Shown here piece after piece: positions 1 to 9,376 of a stretch of DNA of 28,091 bases. Position 1 is the stretch's first letter. The number at the start of each line of letters is the position of its first letter. The notes under the pieces were generated by a model. That model was not told the origin of the DNA. It ran no database searches and worked only from the letters and a program-made list of their open reading frames with translations. The stretch is taken from the IMG/VR virus record IMGVR_UViG_2571042206_000004; one strand, 5' to 3'. The position numbers and the translations under genes are program-made. This stretch comes from a virus. Its lineage: Duplodnaviria; Heunggongvirae; Uroviricota; Caudoviricetes.

Positions 1-900
1 GTGGCTGGACCGGTTCAAGTTTATTCGTCAAATGGTTCTGCTCACCAATTCGTTACTTCCGTTAATGCAATTATCGTAAATCAATTTGCCAAATATTCAG
101 TAACAGTTAGTCCAAAAGCGCATACGGCAAGTACAACTGTTTCGACAATTGAGTTCTATGGAACGTATGGAACTGGCCGTATCCCGACGATTCGTAAATT
201 ACAAATTGAAGCGGGCACAAAGGCTACCGCTTGGAGTCCAAGCCCTCGTGATACAAAGGCTGCAATTGACGCCAATGCTTCTGCAATTCAAACGACCCAA
301 ACAAAAGTTGACAATATCGATGGTCGGCTAACCACTGCTACAGATTCGATTACGTCACTAAATTCGCGCATGTCTACAGCCGAAGGAAATATCAACAGCA
401 CAAATACTGCGGTTGGTGGACTTTCGACACGCATGGCAACCGCTGAGGGCAAGATCACCAATCAAAGTGATTCAATTGCATCGCTACAAAATAGCGTCAC
501 CTCAATCAATGGAACACTGGCAAACAAAGCCGATTCAAGCGCGGTCAATAACTTAACTAGCCGAGTGGAAACAGCCGAGGGCAAGATTTCAAGTCAAAGC
601 GGGCAGATTACTTCGCTTAGCAATAGCCTTGATCTAACAAACAGTAACTTGAACGACGTAAACGTTCTGGCGCGACTGTTATCTCTTGGCAAGCCTCTAC
701 GCGACGATCCAACTTTCAAAACGACCTCTGCTGGTGGTTTATCTGCATACAGTTTCCCTGCGGGAACTTCATGGGTTAAGCAAACTAAGTCAACAGACAA
801 CCCAACTGGCTCAACCCATGAAATGTTGATCAAAGCAACTCAAGCGTTGGGTGGGTGGTTGGTATCCAACTGCACCTACGCTTGTACTCACTGCAAATAA
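1..900 (+). pseudogene. Upstream (5'-truncated by the window) portion of the giant tail-tip/central tail fibre gene; leaves frame at ~855 and stops at 900
   Basis: The frame is open from base 1. It contains the phage module-end motif KLQIEAGTKATAWSPSP and S/T/N-rich heptad repeats of the same kind as the 851..6562 ORF. After QALGG the protein-like reading continues in the +1 frame. Confidence 0.8.
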
Positions 901-3900
901 AACCTTCTTAATTAAACAAATTATTAAGATGCCAGTGGGTACAAAATTACAAGCCATCGGTAATGCTACGGGTACGGGTGGATACATCCGAATCTTGGGT
1001 AATGATCTAGGAACTGGCAAATTTGAAACGTACTACTCTGTCGTACAAGGTGGGGCTGATTTAAGTGGCTCTACTATTCAAGGTCATTTCCGCGTAATTG
1101 CCGGTACTAACCCGCCAGTACCAACGGTTGATAATCCAGTCTTTGTGATTCTTGCTTCATACGAAGTATTTGATGTAACGGCTGTAAACGACACCATTCC
1201 AAAAGCTTATAGCGATGCTATTGCAGCCAATGCGAATGCGATTAACACCCTGTCAAACACTGTCAGCCAGCAGGGTAATACCATTACTTCCCATAGTAAT
1301 TCTATTACTCAACTAAATAACAGCATTTCAAGCATCAACGGCGCACTTTCGAGTAAAGCGGATGCGAGCGCATTACAGTCGCTTGATTCAAAAGTAACAC
1401 TAATCGACGGCAAAGTTACATCTAACTCTTCTGCATTAACAGCGTTGCAAAGCAGCTTTGAGGGAATTCCAAATCAAGGCGTGAACTTGCTCGGCCCTGA
1501 AATTTCCAACCCAATCGAAAAGCCAAATTGGATTTCAGGTCTTCCATTTGAAGTTATTCAATCACCAGATACGGTGAATGTGCGTGCGTTCCAATTCACG
1601 ATGCCTGCCAACACCACTAGCGGCACTTACTTCAACATTGGTGGCGGCCAAGTTCCGCGACAGTGGCTAACAGAAGGTACATACATTTTTAGTTTTGTTG
1701 CCAAAACTGTTGGCGGGACACCACCGCATGCTATTGAGTGGCAACTCTACAATGTAGATAGTACACGCCTGCGCTTTAATATTACCGCAACATTAACCCG
1801 CTATAGCGGGGTGTTCACGGTGCCCGCTGGTGGTGCCGCTGCATGTATGCTGTTAATCGGAAACCCTACAGGCAAACCTGCGGGACAAGTTATCAATATC
1901 GAAAGAATGATGCTTGAACGGCAAGTTGGCAACAACACAACCCCTTCGGCTTGGATTGCAGGTAGCGACCCAACCGGAATGATTCTTTCAACGCAAGCCA
2001 AGGCGACTGATTTATTCAACACAGCCACTAGCCAAAACGCCGCGACTGCGGGACGCGTCACTAGCCTCGAAAGTCGCATGACGACCACAGAAGGCAATTT
2101 AAACAAAAAGGCTGATGCTTCTGCGCTTCAAAACCTCGACACGAAAGTTACGAATGTCGATGGCAAAGTAACGTCAAATACCAATGCCATTACAGCTTTA
2201 AGTTCAACTTTAAGCAACGCTACTTCAAGCATTTCAATGAATGCGGGTAATGCACAGGGCGATTGGACATTCTTTAATACGTCAGGCGAATACTCAATTG
2301 TTGCACAAGCGGATGGCCAAGCGGGTCGTGTTATTCAACTTGGAAATAATGCTGGCAATGATATTGTTTGGATGCATCCGAATAACTTCATTCCTTTTGA
2401 TGCAACTAAGACATATCGACTTCGTGCGCGGTATCGCCGTCGTGCCGGAACAGGCACAATTTACCTCGGTGTCTCTCAGAAAACCCCAGACAAGGCACTA
2501 TACGTAACAACAGCCAACGCATTATCGGGCGATATGGGGTCTTCTAACTATGTTGTTAATGCGCACGCACCTGCGATCGATGAATGGCAAGAAATCGTTG
2601 CGTATATCAAAGGTCGATCAGCAGGAGCAGCATCGGGTTCAGGCTCAAAAACAAGCCCACGTACTGTTTCACAACAAGCAGGCTTCATCACGCCGATGTT
2701 TATTGCAAACTATTCGGCGCAAACGGGCATTGTTGAGCTTGATTACCTAATTCTGGAAGATGCAGAGGCAATTGTTGGCAATGATGCAAATGCATCAGCG
2801 ATTAGCGCTCTTGATACCAAAGTATCAGAAGTTGATGGACGCTTAACGACAGCAACAAATTCAATCACTTCGCTTAACTCTCGTATGAGTGCAGCAGAAG
2901 GGAATATCTCAGCGGCAAACTCGGCTCTAAGCGGTCTTTCAACGAGAATGACGGCTGCTGAAAATGGTTTAACCAATCAAAGTAATGCGATTACTAATTT
3001 AAGTAACAGCTTAACGGTTACAACCAATACAGCGAACGCTGCATTGCCTAAGATTCAGGGCGGTACTGGCGCAGCTAAGTTATTTAGAGGCGTTCTTGTA
3101 TGGCAGCAAAACGGCGCAAATCTAACTGGCAATATCGTAATCCAAACGCCAATTACCTTCACAAATAAAATGTTCCGACTTTCACTTACTGGCTATAACT
3201 ACTTGGCCGCTAAGAATGAAATTAATCTGAACATTGGGGGCTATGCATATTCGGGCACCTCTCTGCTTCAACATGGAGTGGTAAATTCGGGCACCATGCC
3301 AATTCGAGTTCGCATGGGTGTCCGAAATGGCACAGTAGTCGTTATTTTAACTTCTCAGGCACCAGGCGCTTACTGGCAATATCCAAAATTCAATATCGAC
3401 GCTGAAATTGGCTACACAACTCCACCAGATAGTTGGGCCGATGGTTGGTCAGCTAGTTTCATGGCTGAGGCAGACCTCGCATCTAATGGCATTTCTGCAA
3501 TCATTGAGCCGTCTTTATTAGACATTTCAACAACGCTTAATGCCACTGCTTCTGCAATTAGTAATCTGACAAATACTGTGTCTCAACAGGGCGATACAAT
3601 TACTTCTCACAGTAATTCTATTACCACCTTAACCAACAAGATTACTAACAATGATTTATCGAATCTTGTTCTTAATCCTGATTTCGTAGACCCGAAAAGC
3701 GATTGGACATCTGGCGTAATTGTTGATGCGACTGACGCAGCGCCTAACCCGCCTTCTGCAAAAGCATTAAGACTGAATAACCGTGATAGTTATTACGGTC
3801 CTTTCGTCAAATGTAATGTTGGCGACATGTTCTATGTTTCGGCTTGGTTTGCGACGCCAAATACATCAGCAACCGCTTCTGCCGTGCTTGGTTTCAATAC

Positions 3901-6140
3901 TCGGAACAGCGCAGGCACTTACACTTGGTATAGCGTTGCCATTAAGTCTACGGACAAAAATGCTTGGGGTATGGTGGAAGGTTATTTCACTGTGCCAAAT
4001 GGCATGGTTGATATTCGACCTTGGCTTCAAGTAAGTATTGCTGCGTCAGAAGCAGCGGGGCAGCAATGGCATGTTACGAACATTCAAGTACGTAACATTA
4101 CAGGTAATAAGAAGTTAGCAACCGACTTGCAAGCAACCTCGTCCGCCGTAACTGATTTAACTTCAAAAGTTACAAACATCGACGGTCGTTTAACTTCGGC
4201 ATCAAATAATATCGTTACGCTCAACAATAGCGTTACAAACATCAATGCCACCCTCGCCCAGAAGGCAGATGCGACAGCCTTAAATTCGCTCTCTAATCGA
4301 GTAACCACTGCGGAGGGGAATATCACAAGCCAAGGTAATTCAATTACCTCATTGACTAATTCCCTAGCGGTTAGTGGAAAGGCGGGCACAAACCTTCTCA
4401 TCAAATCCAATGTAGTTGGCACTTATGATGGTGTCTCATACCCACACCATACATACAAACTCGGTGAAGATTGGGAAGTTGGGGCTACATATACTTTAAT
4501 TTGGTGTGCTGAACATAAACGAGGGACTGGCGATACAAACTCATCACTTGCTGTATACGCAGGTGGTGGCTCACAACATCTGCAAGCCGTAGTAAATACG
4601 AATGGTAAGGTTGTCAGCAAAGTTACCTTTGTTAAAAACAGCGCAGTTGCCTCTGGCCCAATTATCCACTTCTACATGCTCAACCGTCCGACAGCCGACA
4701 AGGGTAGCGTTGGTACGGTTTATTGGGCGGTGCTTGTAAAAGGCGATGTACTCACGACTGATGCTTGGATTCCAAGCCCATATGATTATATCCCTGATAG
4801 CAATGCAAATGCCGCTGCTATCGCAAATCTTACTAATACAGTAAGTCAGCAAGGCAATACTATTACATCAAATAGCAGCAGCATTACCTCGCTCACTAAT
4901 CAAATCGGTAACACGAAGTCATATTCGCTGGTGACTTTCCGTAACGGCTCTGCCGTTGGCATGCCAAAGGCGGCTGGCGTCTACACTGGAAACAATACGC
5001 GATTATATGGATTTGGGCGCGGTTTAAATCTCATTGTGTTTAAAAATGGGGATGTTGAAAGCTGTACGCAATATGACACCTATGGCGACATCGTATCTGC
5101 ATGTAACGCCATCTATGCCGCTATCAAGGCGCTTGCATCGGGAACTTACTTTGCAATCGTGGGTACAGATAACATTGGCTCAGTTGGAAATTCAAACCCA
5201 AATACTGATTTACGTGCGCTTTTACTTGCTTCTGGTGCTGGCGACACATATTTCAGATCTTGGAACTGGAATGCTCTTCCTATTTTTGTAGGACGCAAAG
5301 ACCTAGATGCAGGCAATGGTATTCTCGGTATGTTTGATTCGACTGTTCCTAATCAGTGGATTGAATACCCGCTTAGTTTTGTGAATGGTGTACCTGTAGG
5401 TTTAGGTGACTCCCGAACTTTAACCACTCAACTGGATGCAAATGCTTCTGCCATTTCGTCATTGTCGAACACAGTGACTCAACAAGGTAAGGATATTGCT
5501 TCACATAGCAGTAGTATTACCTCGCTAAACAATAGCATCACCAATATTAACGGCACGTTAGCAACAAAAGCAGATAGTTCGGCTCTAACAAACCTCGCCA
5601 ACCGCGTAACTACAACCGAAGGTGCAATTACCTCTCAAGGCTCAAGTATTACTTCGCTGAATGCATCTGTGAATGGCTTATTAAAGGATGTTGCAGTATC
5701 CGATACTCGATCTACTAATCAGCCTCCATCGTGGTATTGGTCAAACTATCCATTGCGTATCGTTCGCGAGTTCAAGCAAGCCTCTGTGCTAGGTTTGACT
5801 GGCATGGGTACATATGTCTCCCTTGAAACATACGTTTATTGGATTGACCCATCTGGTGGCCCAATCATTCAAATTGCACGAGGTTCTTCTTCGGCTTTTA
5901 CTGCTGAACGAAGAAGTGCTGATTACAACTCGTGGTTCGCATGGTCTCAGGACATTAAAGCATTGAGTGATGGCTTATCGAATAAAGCTGAGGCCTCAGC
6001 GCTATCTTCACTTGATGCCAAGGTATCAACGATTGATGGAAAAGTCTCAACTCAGGCGACAAGTATTACCAATCTGCAAACAACTGTGGGTGGACATACG
6101 GCGTCAATTCAATCGCAGCAACAATCAATTGATGGATTGA
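259..6140 (+). repeat. About ten dispersed protein-level coiled-coil repeats separating globular modules of the tail protein
   Basis: Examples are DGRLTTATDSITSLNSRMSTAEGNI (319-393) vs DGRLTTATNSITSLNSRMSAAEGNI (2834-2908), TVSQQG(N/D)TITSxSxSIT near 1260, 3575, 4840 and 5470, and KAD(A/S)SAL recurring. Confidence 0.85.
847..862 (+). repeat. Tetranucleotide run TTGG-GTGG-GTGG-TTGG at the tail-gene frameshift
   Basis: Read directly. Deleting one GTGG gives TTG GGT GGT TGG TAT (L-G-G-W-Y) and fuses the two ORFs. Confidence 0.85.
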
Positions 6141-6562
6141 AATCAAGAGCAACTTTGAAGTTGCAATCCGGCAATTTAATTGGCGGTGTTGGGATTGAGA
6201 ACGATAGCAAAACCGTTGATTTCATTATTCAGGCTAACAAGTTCGCCATCGCTCCACCATCTAATGCCGCAGCGGGTTCTGTAGCGCCTAAATACGCATT
6301 TGTTTATCAACCGACAGCCACAACGTTGCCAAATGGAACAGTCGTACCTGCCGGACTGTATTTGGACAATGCGTCAATCGGCTATATCAACGCGGAAAAA
6401 ATCAATGCCTCAAGTTTAAGTGCAATTAGCGCAAATCTTGGAACTTTAACCACACTTAAGGATCCAACGAAGCCTAATGGAGCGCGAATGGTTATTACAG
6501 GTAGTTTGACTACCGTTTATGACGATAACAACGTGGCACGTATTAGATTAGGGATTTGGTAA
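851..6562 (+). CDS. Giant tail-tip / host-specificity (gpJ-like) fibre protein, C-terminal ~1900 aa; probably one gene with 1..850
   Basis: Coiled-coil repeats (TVSQQGNTITSHSNSIT-type) alternate with beta-rich CBM-like modules (e.g. NLVLNPDF...WHVTNIQVRNIT). An ILEI-like module lies at ~4930-5390. The end is DUF1983/gpJ-like (ATLKLQSGNLIGGVGIEND...FIIQANKFAI; SLSAISANLG...RIRLGIW). The GTG at 851 has no Shine-Dalgarno site. Confidence 0.85.
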   Translation: MGGWYPTAPTLVLTANKTFLIKQIIKMPVGTKLQAIGNATGTGGYIRILGNDLGTGKFETYYSVVQGGADLSGSTIQGHFRVIAGTNPPVPTVDNPVFVILASYEVFDVTAVNDTIPKAYSDAIAANANAINTLSNTVSQQGNTITSHSNSITQLNNSISSINGALSSKADASALQSLDSKVTLIDGKVTSNSSALTALQSSFEGIPNQGVNLLGPEISNPIEKPNWISGLPFEVIQSPDTVNVRAFQFTMPANTTSGTYFNIGGGQVPRQWLTEGTYIFSFVAKTVGGTPPHAIEWQLYNVDSTRLRFNITATLTRYSGVFTVPAGGAAACMLLIGNPTGKPAGQVINIERMMLERQVGNNTTPSAWIAGSDPTGMILSTQAKATDLFNTATSQNAATAGRVTSLESRMTTTEGNLNKKADASALQNLDTKVTNVDGKVTSNTNAITALSSTLSNATSSISMNAGNAQGDWTFFNTSGEYSIVAQADGQAGRVIQLGNNAGNDIVWMHPNNFIPFDATKTYRLRARYRRRAGTGTIYLGVSQKTPDKALYVTTANALSGDMGSSNYVVNAHAPAIDEWQEIVAYIKGRSAGAASGSGSKTSPRTVSQQAGFITPMFIANYSAQTGIVELDYLILEDAEAIVGNDANASAISALDTKVSEVDGRLTTATNSITSLNSRMSAAEGNISAANSALSGLSTRMTAAENGLTNQSNAITNLSNSLTVTTNTANAALPKIQGGTGAAKLFRGVLVWQQNGANLTGNIVIQTPITFTNKMFRLSLTGYNYLAAKNEINLNIGGYAYSGTSLLQHGVVNSGTMPIRVRMGVRNGTVVVILTSQAPGAYWQYPKFNIDAEIGYTTPPDSWADGWSASFMAEADLASNGISAIIEPSLLDISTTLNATASAISNLTNTVSQQGDTITSHSNSITTLTNKITNNDLSNLVLNPDFVDPKSDWTSGVIVDATDAAPNPPSAKALRLNNRDSYYGPFVKCNVGDMFYVSAWFATPNTSATASAVLGFNTRNSAGTYTWYSVAIKSTDKNAWGMVEGYFTVPNGMVDIRPWLQVSIAASEAAGQQWHVTNIQVRNITGNKKLATDLQATSSAVTDLTSKVTNIDGRLTSASNNIVTLNNSVTNINATLAQKADATALNSLSNRVTTAEGNITSQGNSITSLTNSLAVSGKAGTNLLIKSNVVGTYDGVSYPHHTYKLGEDWEVGATYTLIWCAEHKRGTGDTNSSLAVYAGGGSQHLQAVVNTNGKVVSKVTFVKNSAVASGPIIHFYMLNRPTADKGSVGTVYWAVLVKGDVLTTDAWIPSPYDYIPDSNANAAAIANLTNTVSQQGNTITSNSSSITSLTNQIGNTKSYSLVTFRNGSAVGMPKAAGVYTGNNTRLYGFGRGLNLIVFKNGDVESCTQYDTYGDIVSACNAIYAAIKALASGTYFAIVGTDNIGSVGNSNPNTDLRALLLASGAGDTYFRSWNWNALPIFVGRKDLDAGNGILGMFDSTVPNQWIEYPLSFVNGVPVGLGDSRTLTTQLDANASAISSLSNTVTQQGKDIASHSSSITSLNNSITNINGTLATKADSSALTNLANRVTTTEGAITSQGSSITSLNASVNGLLKDVAVSDTRSTNQPPSWYWSNYPLRIVREFKQASVLGLTGMGTYVSLETYVYWIDPSGGPIIQIARGSSSAFTAERRSADYNSWFAWSQDIKALSDGLSNKAEASALSSLDAKVSTIDGKVSTQATSITNLQTTVGGHTASIQSQQQSIDGLKSRATLKLQSGNLIGGVGIENDSKTVDFIIQANKFAIAPPSNAAAGSVAPKYAFVYQPTATTLPNGTVVPAGLYLDNASIGYINAEKINASSLSAISANLGTLTTLKDPTKPNGARMVITGSLTTVYDDNNVARIRLGIW

Positions 6563-6877
6563 ATGGCAAACGCTAGACTTGAAATAAGGTATCCAGATAA
6601 CTCAATCGCTTATGATTCGACAACGGATCATGTAATTACTTTTGTCACTACTGTAACGATTCAACAAAGTTCTTACAGCAAGCAAAACATTGCAGGAATT
6701 AATGATGGACCTAGGTGGGCTGTTCCAACTGACGCCATCTACACCAATGGTAGATACATAATCTTTAATGTAGAAATCACCTTTGGAAAAACTACTGGTG
6801 GAGCACCTGTAATTTATGCAAAGCATGATTGGGGCCTACCTCCAGAAACAAACACATTTAAAATATTTCATCACTAG
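6563..6877 (+). CDS. Tail-tip accessory protein (small, downstream of gpJ-like gene)
   Basis: The ATG abuts the tail-gene stop. The N-terminal ARLEIRYPDNSIAYDS resembles the G-L-E-I-x4-G-x-I-x-F-D-S motif of siphophage J-accessory proteins. Confidence 0.65.
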   Translation: MANARLEIRYPDNSIAYDSTTDHVITFVTTVTIQQSSYSKQNIAGINDGPRWAVPTDAIYTNGRYIIFNVEITFGKTTGGAPVIYAKHDWGLPPETNTFKIFHH

Positions 6878-6890
6878 GAGCTACGCAGTT

Positions 6891-7625
6891 ATGCCCATAG
6901 GTATTGAAATTAAAGACGATACTGGTGAAGTTGTTCTCAACAGTGAAAGCAAAGTCTTAGTAAAAGCTGGTGAAATCGTATGGACTGCACAAGATATGAC
7001 CAGTTCTAATTGGGCAACAGGTGCTCGTAACCCTGTTACTGGAAAATACGAAACGCTGTTCGTAGCGCCATATAAACTAGCAAGGGATGATCAAATAAAC
7101 TGGTGGCATGCTGACGATGCTGTAATTTTTAACCCGCAAACATTCACAGGTAGAGATTCTCAATACCAACCAGGTTTATATCAAGGCATTCATCAGGGAC
7201 GGCAGACTATATACTGCCGTCAGTATACAGAAGCCTTAGCTATAAGCTCATCTTCATCCGCATATTTAGAAGTACGAAATGCTAACAATGAAATTGTATG
7301 GGATTTGCAGACCTTCATGAATTCTCCAAGAATTCTTAAAATTGGAACATTTGAAGAAATGGTTGGAATTGATGAATGGAAAGCAAACGTTATACCTAAC
7401 GGTGTTCCGGGCAAGATGTGGATATGGGTTGATGGTATAAATTTCTTCTGGTTCAACGGCGAAGGGGGTGATTTGTACCCACTTCCTCCTACACAAAATT
7501 TCTTACTAGCTTGTTTTAAAGATACAACTCTCTATTTGCAACTGAGATTAAGTGAACCTGCTATCGGTGATACAGATACCAGATCTTGGGTAACAACTAT
7601 TTATGTAGGTTATATGCCAACTTAA
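6891..7625 (+). CDS. Tail-tip accessory protein (244 aa)
   Basis: AGGAG at 6876-6880 precedes the ATG at 6891, which is preferred over 6816. The motif IGIEIKDDTGEVVLNS is repeated internally as AYLEVRNANNEIVWD. Confidence 0.7.
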   Translation: MPIGIEIKDDTGEVVLNSESKVLVKAGEIVWTAQDMTSSNWATGARNPVTGKYETLFVAPYKLARDDQINWWHADDAVIFNPQTFTGRDSQYQPGLYQGIHQGRQTIYCRQYTEALAISSSSSAYLEVRNANNEIVWDLQTFMNSPRILKIGTFEEMVGIDEWKANVIPNGVPGKMWIWVDGINFFWFNGEGGDLYPLPPTQNFLLACFKDTTLYLQLRLSEPAIGDTDTRSWVTTIYVGYMPT

Positions 7626-7634
7626 GGAGTCGTT

Positions 7635-7886
7635 ATGTATTTATTAATACTTACTTTGATTTTGAATGGGGCTGAAGTTAATAGCGTAATTGCTGGGGAA
7701 TTTAAAACAGAAAGTGCCTGTTCCGCTGAAAGGGCCGAAATAGCTGTCGAAATGGCAAGTAATGAAGCGCATATGGAAAAGCTAAAGGGTTATGACAAAG
7801 TAATCATGAAATGTGTAAAGCAAGAAGTTAAATTGAACCGACCCGAAATGCCGAAAATTTTATGGAATGGTAAAGAAATTAGCTGA
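7635..7886 (+). CDS. Hypothetical phage protein with hydrophobic N-terminus and two Cys
   Basis: AAGGAG RBS before the ATG; MYLLILTLIL start; F-x4-AC...CVK pattern. Confidence 0.7.
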   Translation: MYLLILTLILNGAEVNSVIAGEFKTESACSAERAEIAVEMASNEAHMEKLKGYDKVIMKCVKQEVKLNRPEMPKILWNGKEIS

Positions 7887-7975
7887 CAAACCAGAAGTTT
7901 GTACCAGTAAGGACCTTTGCTAAAGTGCCGTTATTCTAGTCTGCTCTGTTATGATTTACTTTGTATTTAAGTAAT

Positions 7976-8003
7976 AAAAAAGGCTTCTCAAGAAAGCCTT
8001 TTT
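7976..8003. terminator. Bidirectional rho-independent terminator
   Basis: AAAAAAGGCTT-CTCAAGA-AAGCCTTTTT between convergent genes. Confidence 0.85.
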
Positions 8004-8018
8004 AATGAAGTCGAATGG

Positions 8019-8222
8019 TTACGCAGTACCGCCATTTTCTTCAGTAGTAGTGGTTTCATCTGCATAGACCAGTCCGACCAAAGCTAGACCAGGAGTCTTC
8101 CGATCGTAAATCAAGGTCAAGTTTTCAACCGGCTTTCCATTTTGGCCTTCGAGCAAGTTGACTTGCCCTAAAAGAACGTTCAAAAGGTTAGCTTCATCTT
8201 TCGTGATCTGCTTTAATGCCAT
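8019..8222 (-). CDS. Hypothetical 67-aa protein, antisense to the late operon
   Basis: AGGA lies 8 nt upstream of the ATG at 8222 (MALKQITK...), and the gene ends next to the bidirectional terminator. Confidence 0.7.
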   Translation of the reverse strand: MALKQITKDEANLLNVLLGQVNLLEGQNGKPVENLTLIYDRKTPGLALVGLVYADETTTTEENGGTA

Positions 8223-8278
8223 AGTAAACATCCTAAAAATTAAACAACGATAATTTTTACACACTCATAAATTATTAG

Positions 8279-8288
8279 TAAGTGCTTA
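8279..8288. promoter_or_regulatory. Palindromic motif TAAGTGCTTA (class I site)
   Basis: Context ATTAG-TAAGTGCTTA-TTTATAAA matches the sites at 12374 and 14328. It lies between the divergent 8222 gene and the holin. Confidence 0.6.
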
Positions 8289-8345
8289 TTTATAAAATAT
8301 AGTAAAAATGTTATATTTTCTCAACTAATCTAAGGCGAGAAAATC

Positions 8346-8738
8346 ATGACCGAACCAGTATCAACTACTATCGGTGGATTCGCTGCTTGGAAGGCATTTG
8401 GCATGACTATCGTAGTCGCAATCTGTGTGATGGCAGTTGCGGCTGTAGTGCTCATGATGCGGATGCCGAGATCTCCGAGAGAGTGGGGAGTTGGCTTGAT
8501 TACCACAGTAATTTCAAGCTTGGCTGGCGGCTCTTTCATCATCATCAAATTTAACCTTCACGCTTGGGCAACAGACGTATGGGGAATGATCGCTCTTGGC
8601 GGTTTCTTCTTCACATGTGGCTTGCCGGGGTGGGCTATTGTCCGTTGGATTTTCAACTATATCGAAAAGAAGGAGGGTTCCGACATTTTCGAAGTTGCAA
8701 CTGATATTAAAAACGACCTGAAGGAGTTTAAAGATTAA
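8346..8738 (+). CDS. Putative holin (three predicted TM segments)
   Basis: 130 aa with three hydrophobic stretches and a charged C-tail; its stop overlaps the endolysin start (TAATG). Confidence 0.75.
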   Translation: MTEPVSTTIGGFAAWKAFGMTIVVAICVMAVAAVVLMMRMPRSPREWGVGLITTVISSLAGGSFIIIKFNLHAWATDVWGMIALGGFFFTCGLPGWAIVRWIFNYIEKKEGSDIFEVATDIKNDLKEFKD

Positions 8739-9376
8739 TGAGTAGCATGGTATCCACGCTTGCATCAGTGCAAATGGCCCAGATTGCACAAACTTATTCT
8801 TGGCTTCGGGCGATGTCAGGAGGAAAGTTAACGCAAGAACAAGTAACCGCTGGTGATGAGATCATTGAAAAAGCGGGTTTAGAAACTTTTGCCAAACTCA
8901 TTGGTTACAAACTTGAATCTGGCGTTACAGGGCAATGGGATATTTCCGAAAAAGGATATGAACTTATTCGTGGATTTGAAGGTTTCAGGAATACGGCATA
9001 TCTGGATACAGGCAGTGTACCGACTATCGGGTTCGGAACAATCAAATATCCAAATGGCAAGGCTGTCAGAATGGGTGATACCTGCACACGCGCTCAAGCA
9101 GAAGAATGGCTCAAAAACGATTGTAAGTGGGTTGATGCATGTCTTGATAAGTGTGTGAAAGTGAAGGTGTCGCAAAATCAATTCGATGCACTGGCTTCTT
9201 TTGTTTACAACGTAGGTGAGACAGCTTTCGTTAAAAGCACAATGCTGGTTTTACTCAACCAAGGCAATTTTACTGGAGCTGCAAATCAGTTTGATCGTTG
9301 GGTTTTTGACAACGGTAAACGGATTCCTGGTTTGGTTAATCGCCGTTCTGCTGAAAAGAAATTATTTTTAGCATGA
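8738..9376 (+). CDS. Endolysin, GH24 phage lysozyme, with ~65-aa N-terminal extension
   Basis: Catalytic E-x8-D-x5-T in FEGFRNTAYLDTGSVPTIGFGT; QFDALASFVYNVG; GLVNRRSAEKKLF. Confidence 0.92.
   Translation: MSSMVSTLASVQMAQIAQTYSWLRAMSGGKLTQEQVTAGDEIIEKAGLETFAKLIGYKLESGVTGQWDISEKGYELIRGFEGFRNTAYLDTGSVPTIGFGTIKYPNGKAVRMGDTCTRAQAEEWLKNDCKWVDACLDKCVKVKVSQNQFDALASFVYNVGETAFVKSTMLVLLNQGNFTGAANQFDRWVFDNGKRIPGLVNRRSAEKKLFLA

Noticed and set aside
851-6562. Shufflon/invertible tail segment driven by the 22433..23017 recombinase
   Set aside because: All tail modules are on one strand, and I found no inverted crossover repeats or reversed alternative C-termini.
6816-6890. Longer start for the 7625-ending ORF
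   Set aside because: It overlaps the previous gene by 62 nt, and the AGGAG site supports ATG 6891.
1-7625. Diversity-generating retroelement acting on the tail genes
   Set aside because: No reverse transcriptase is in the window, and repeat pairs differ at wobble positions of all bases rather than specifically at adenines.
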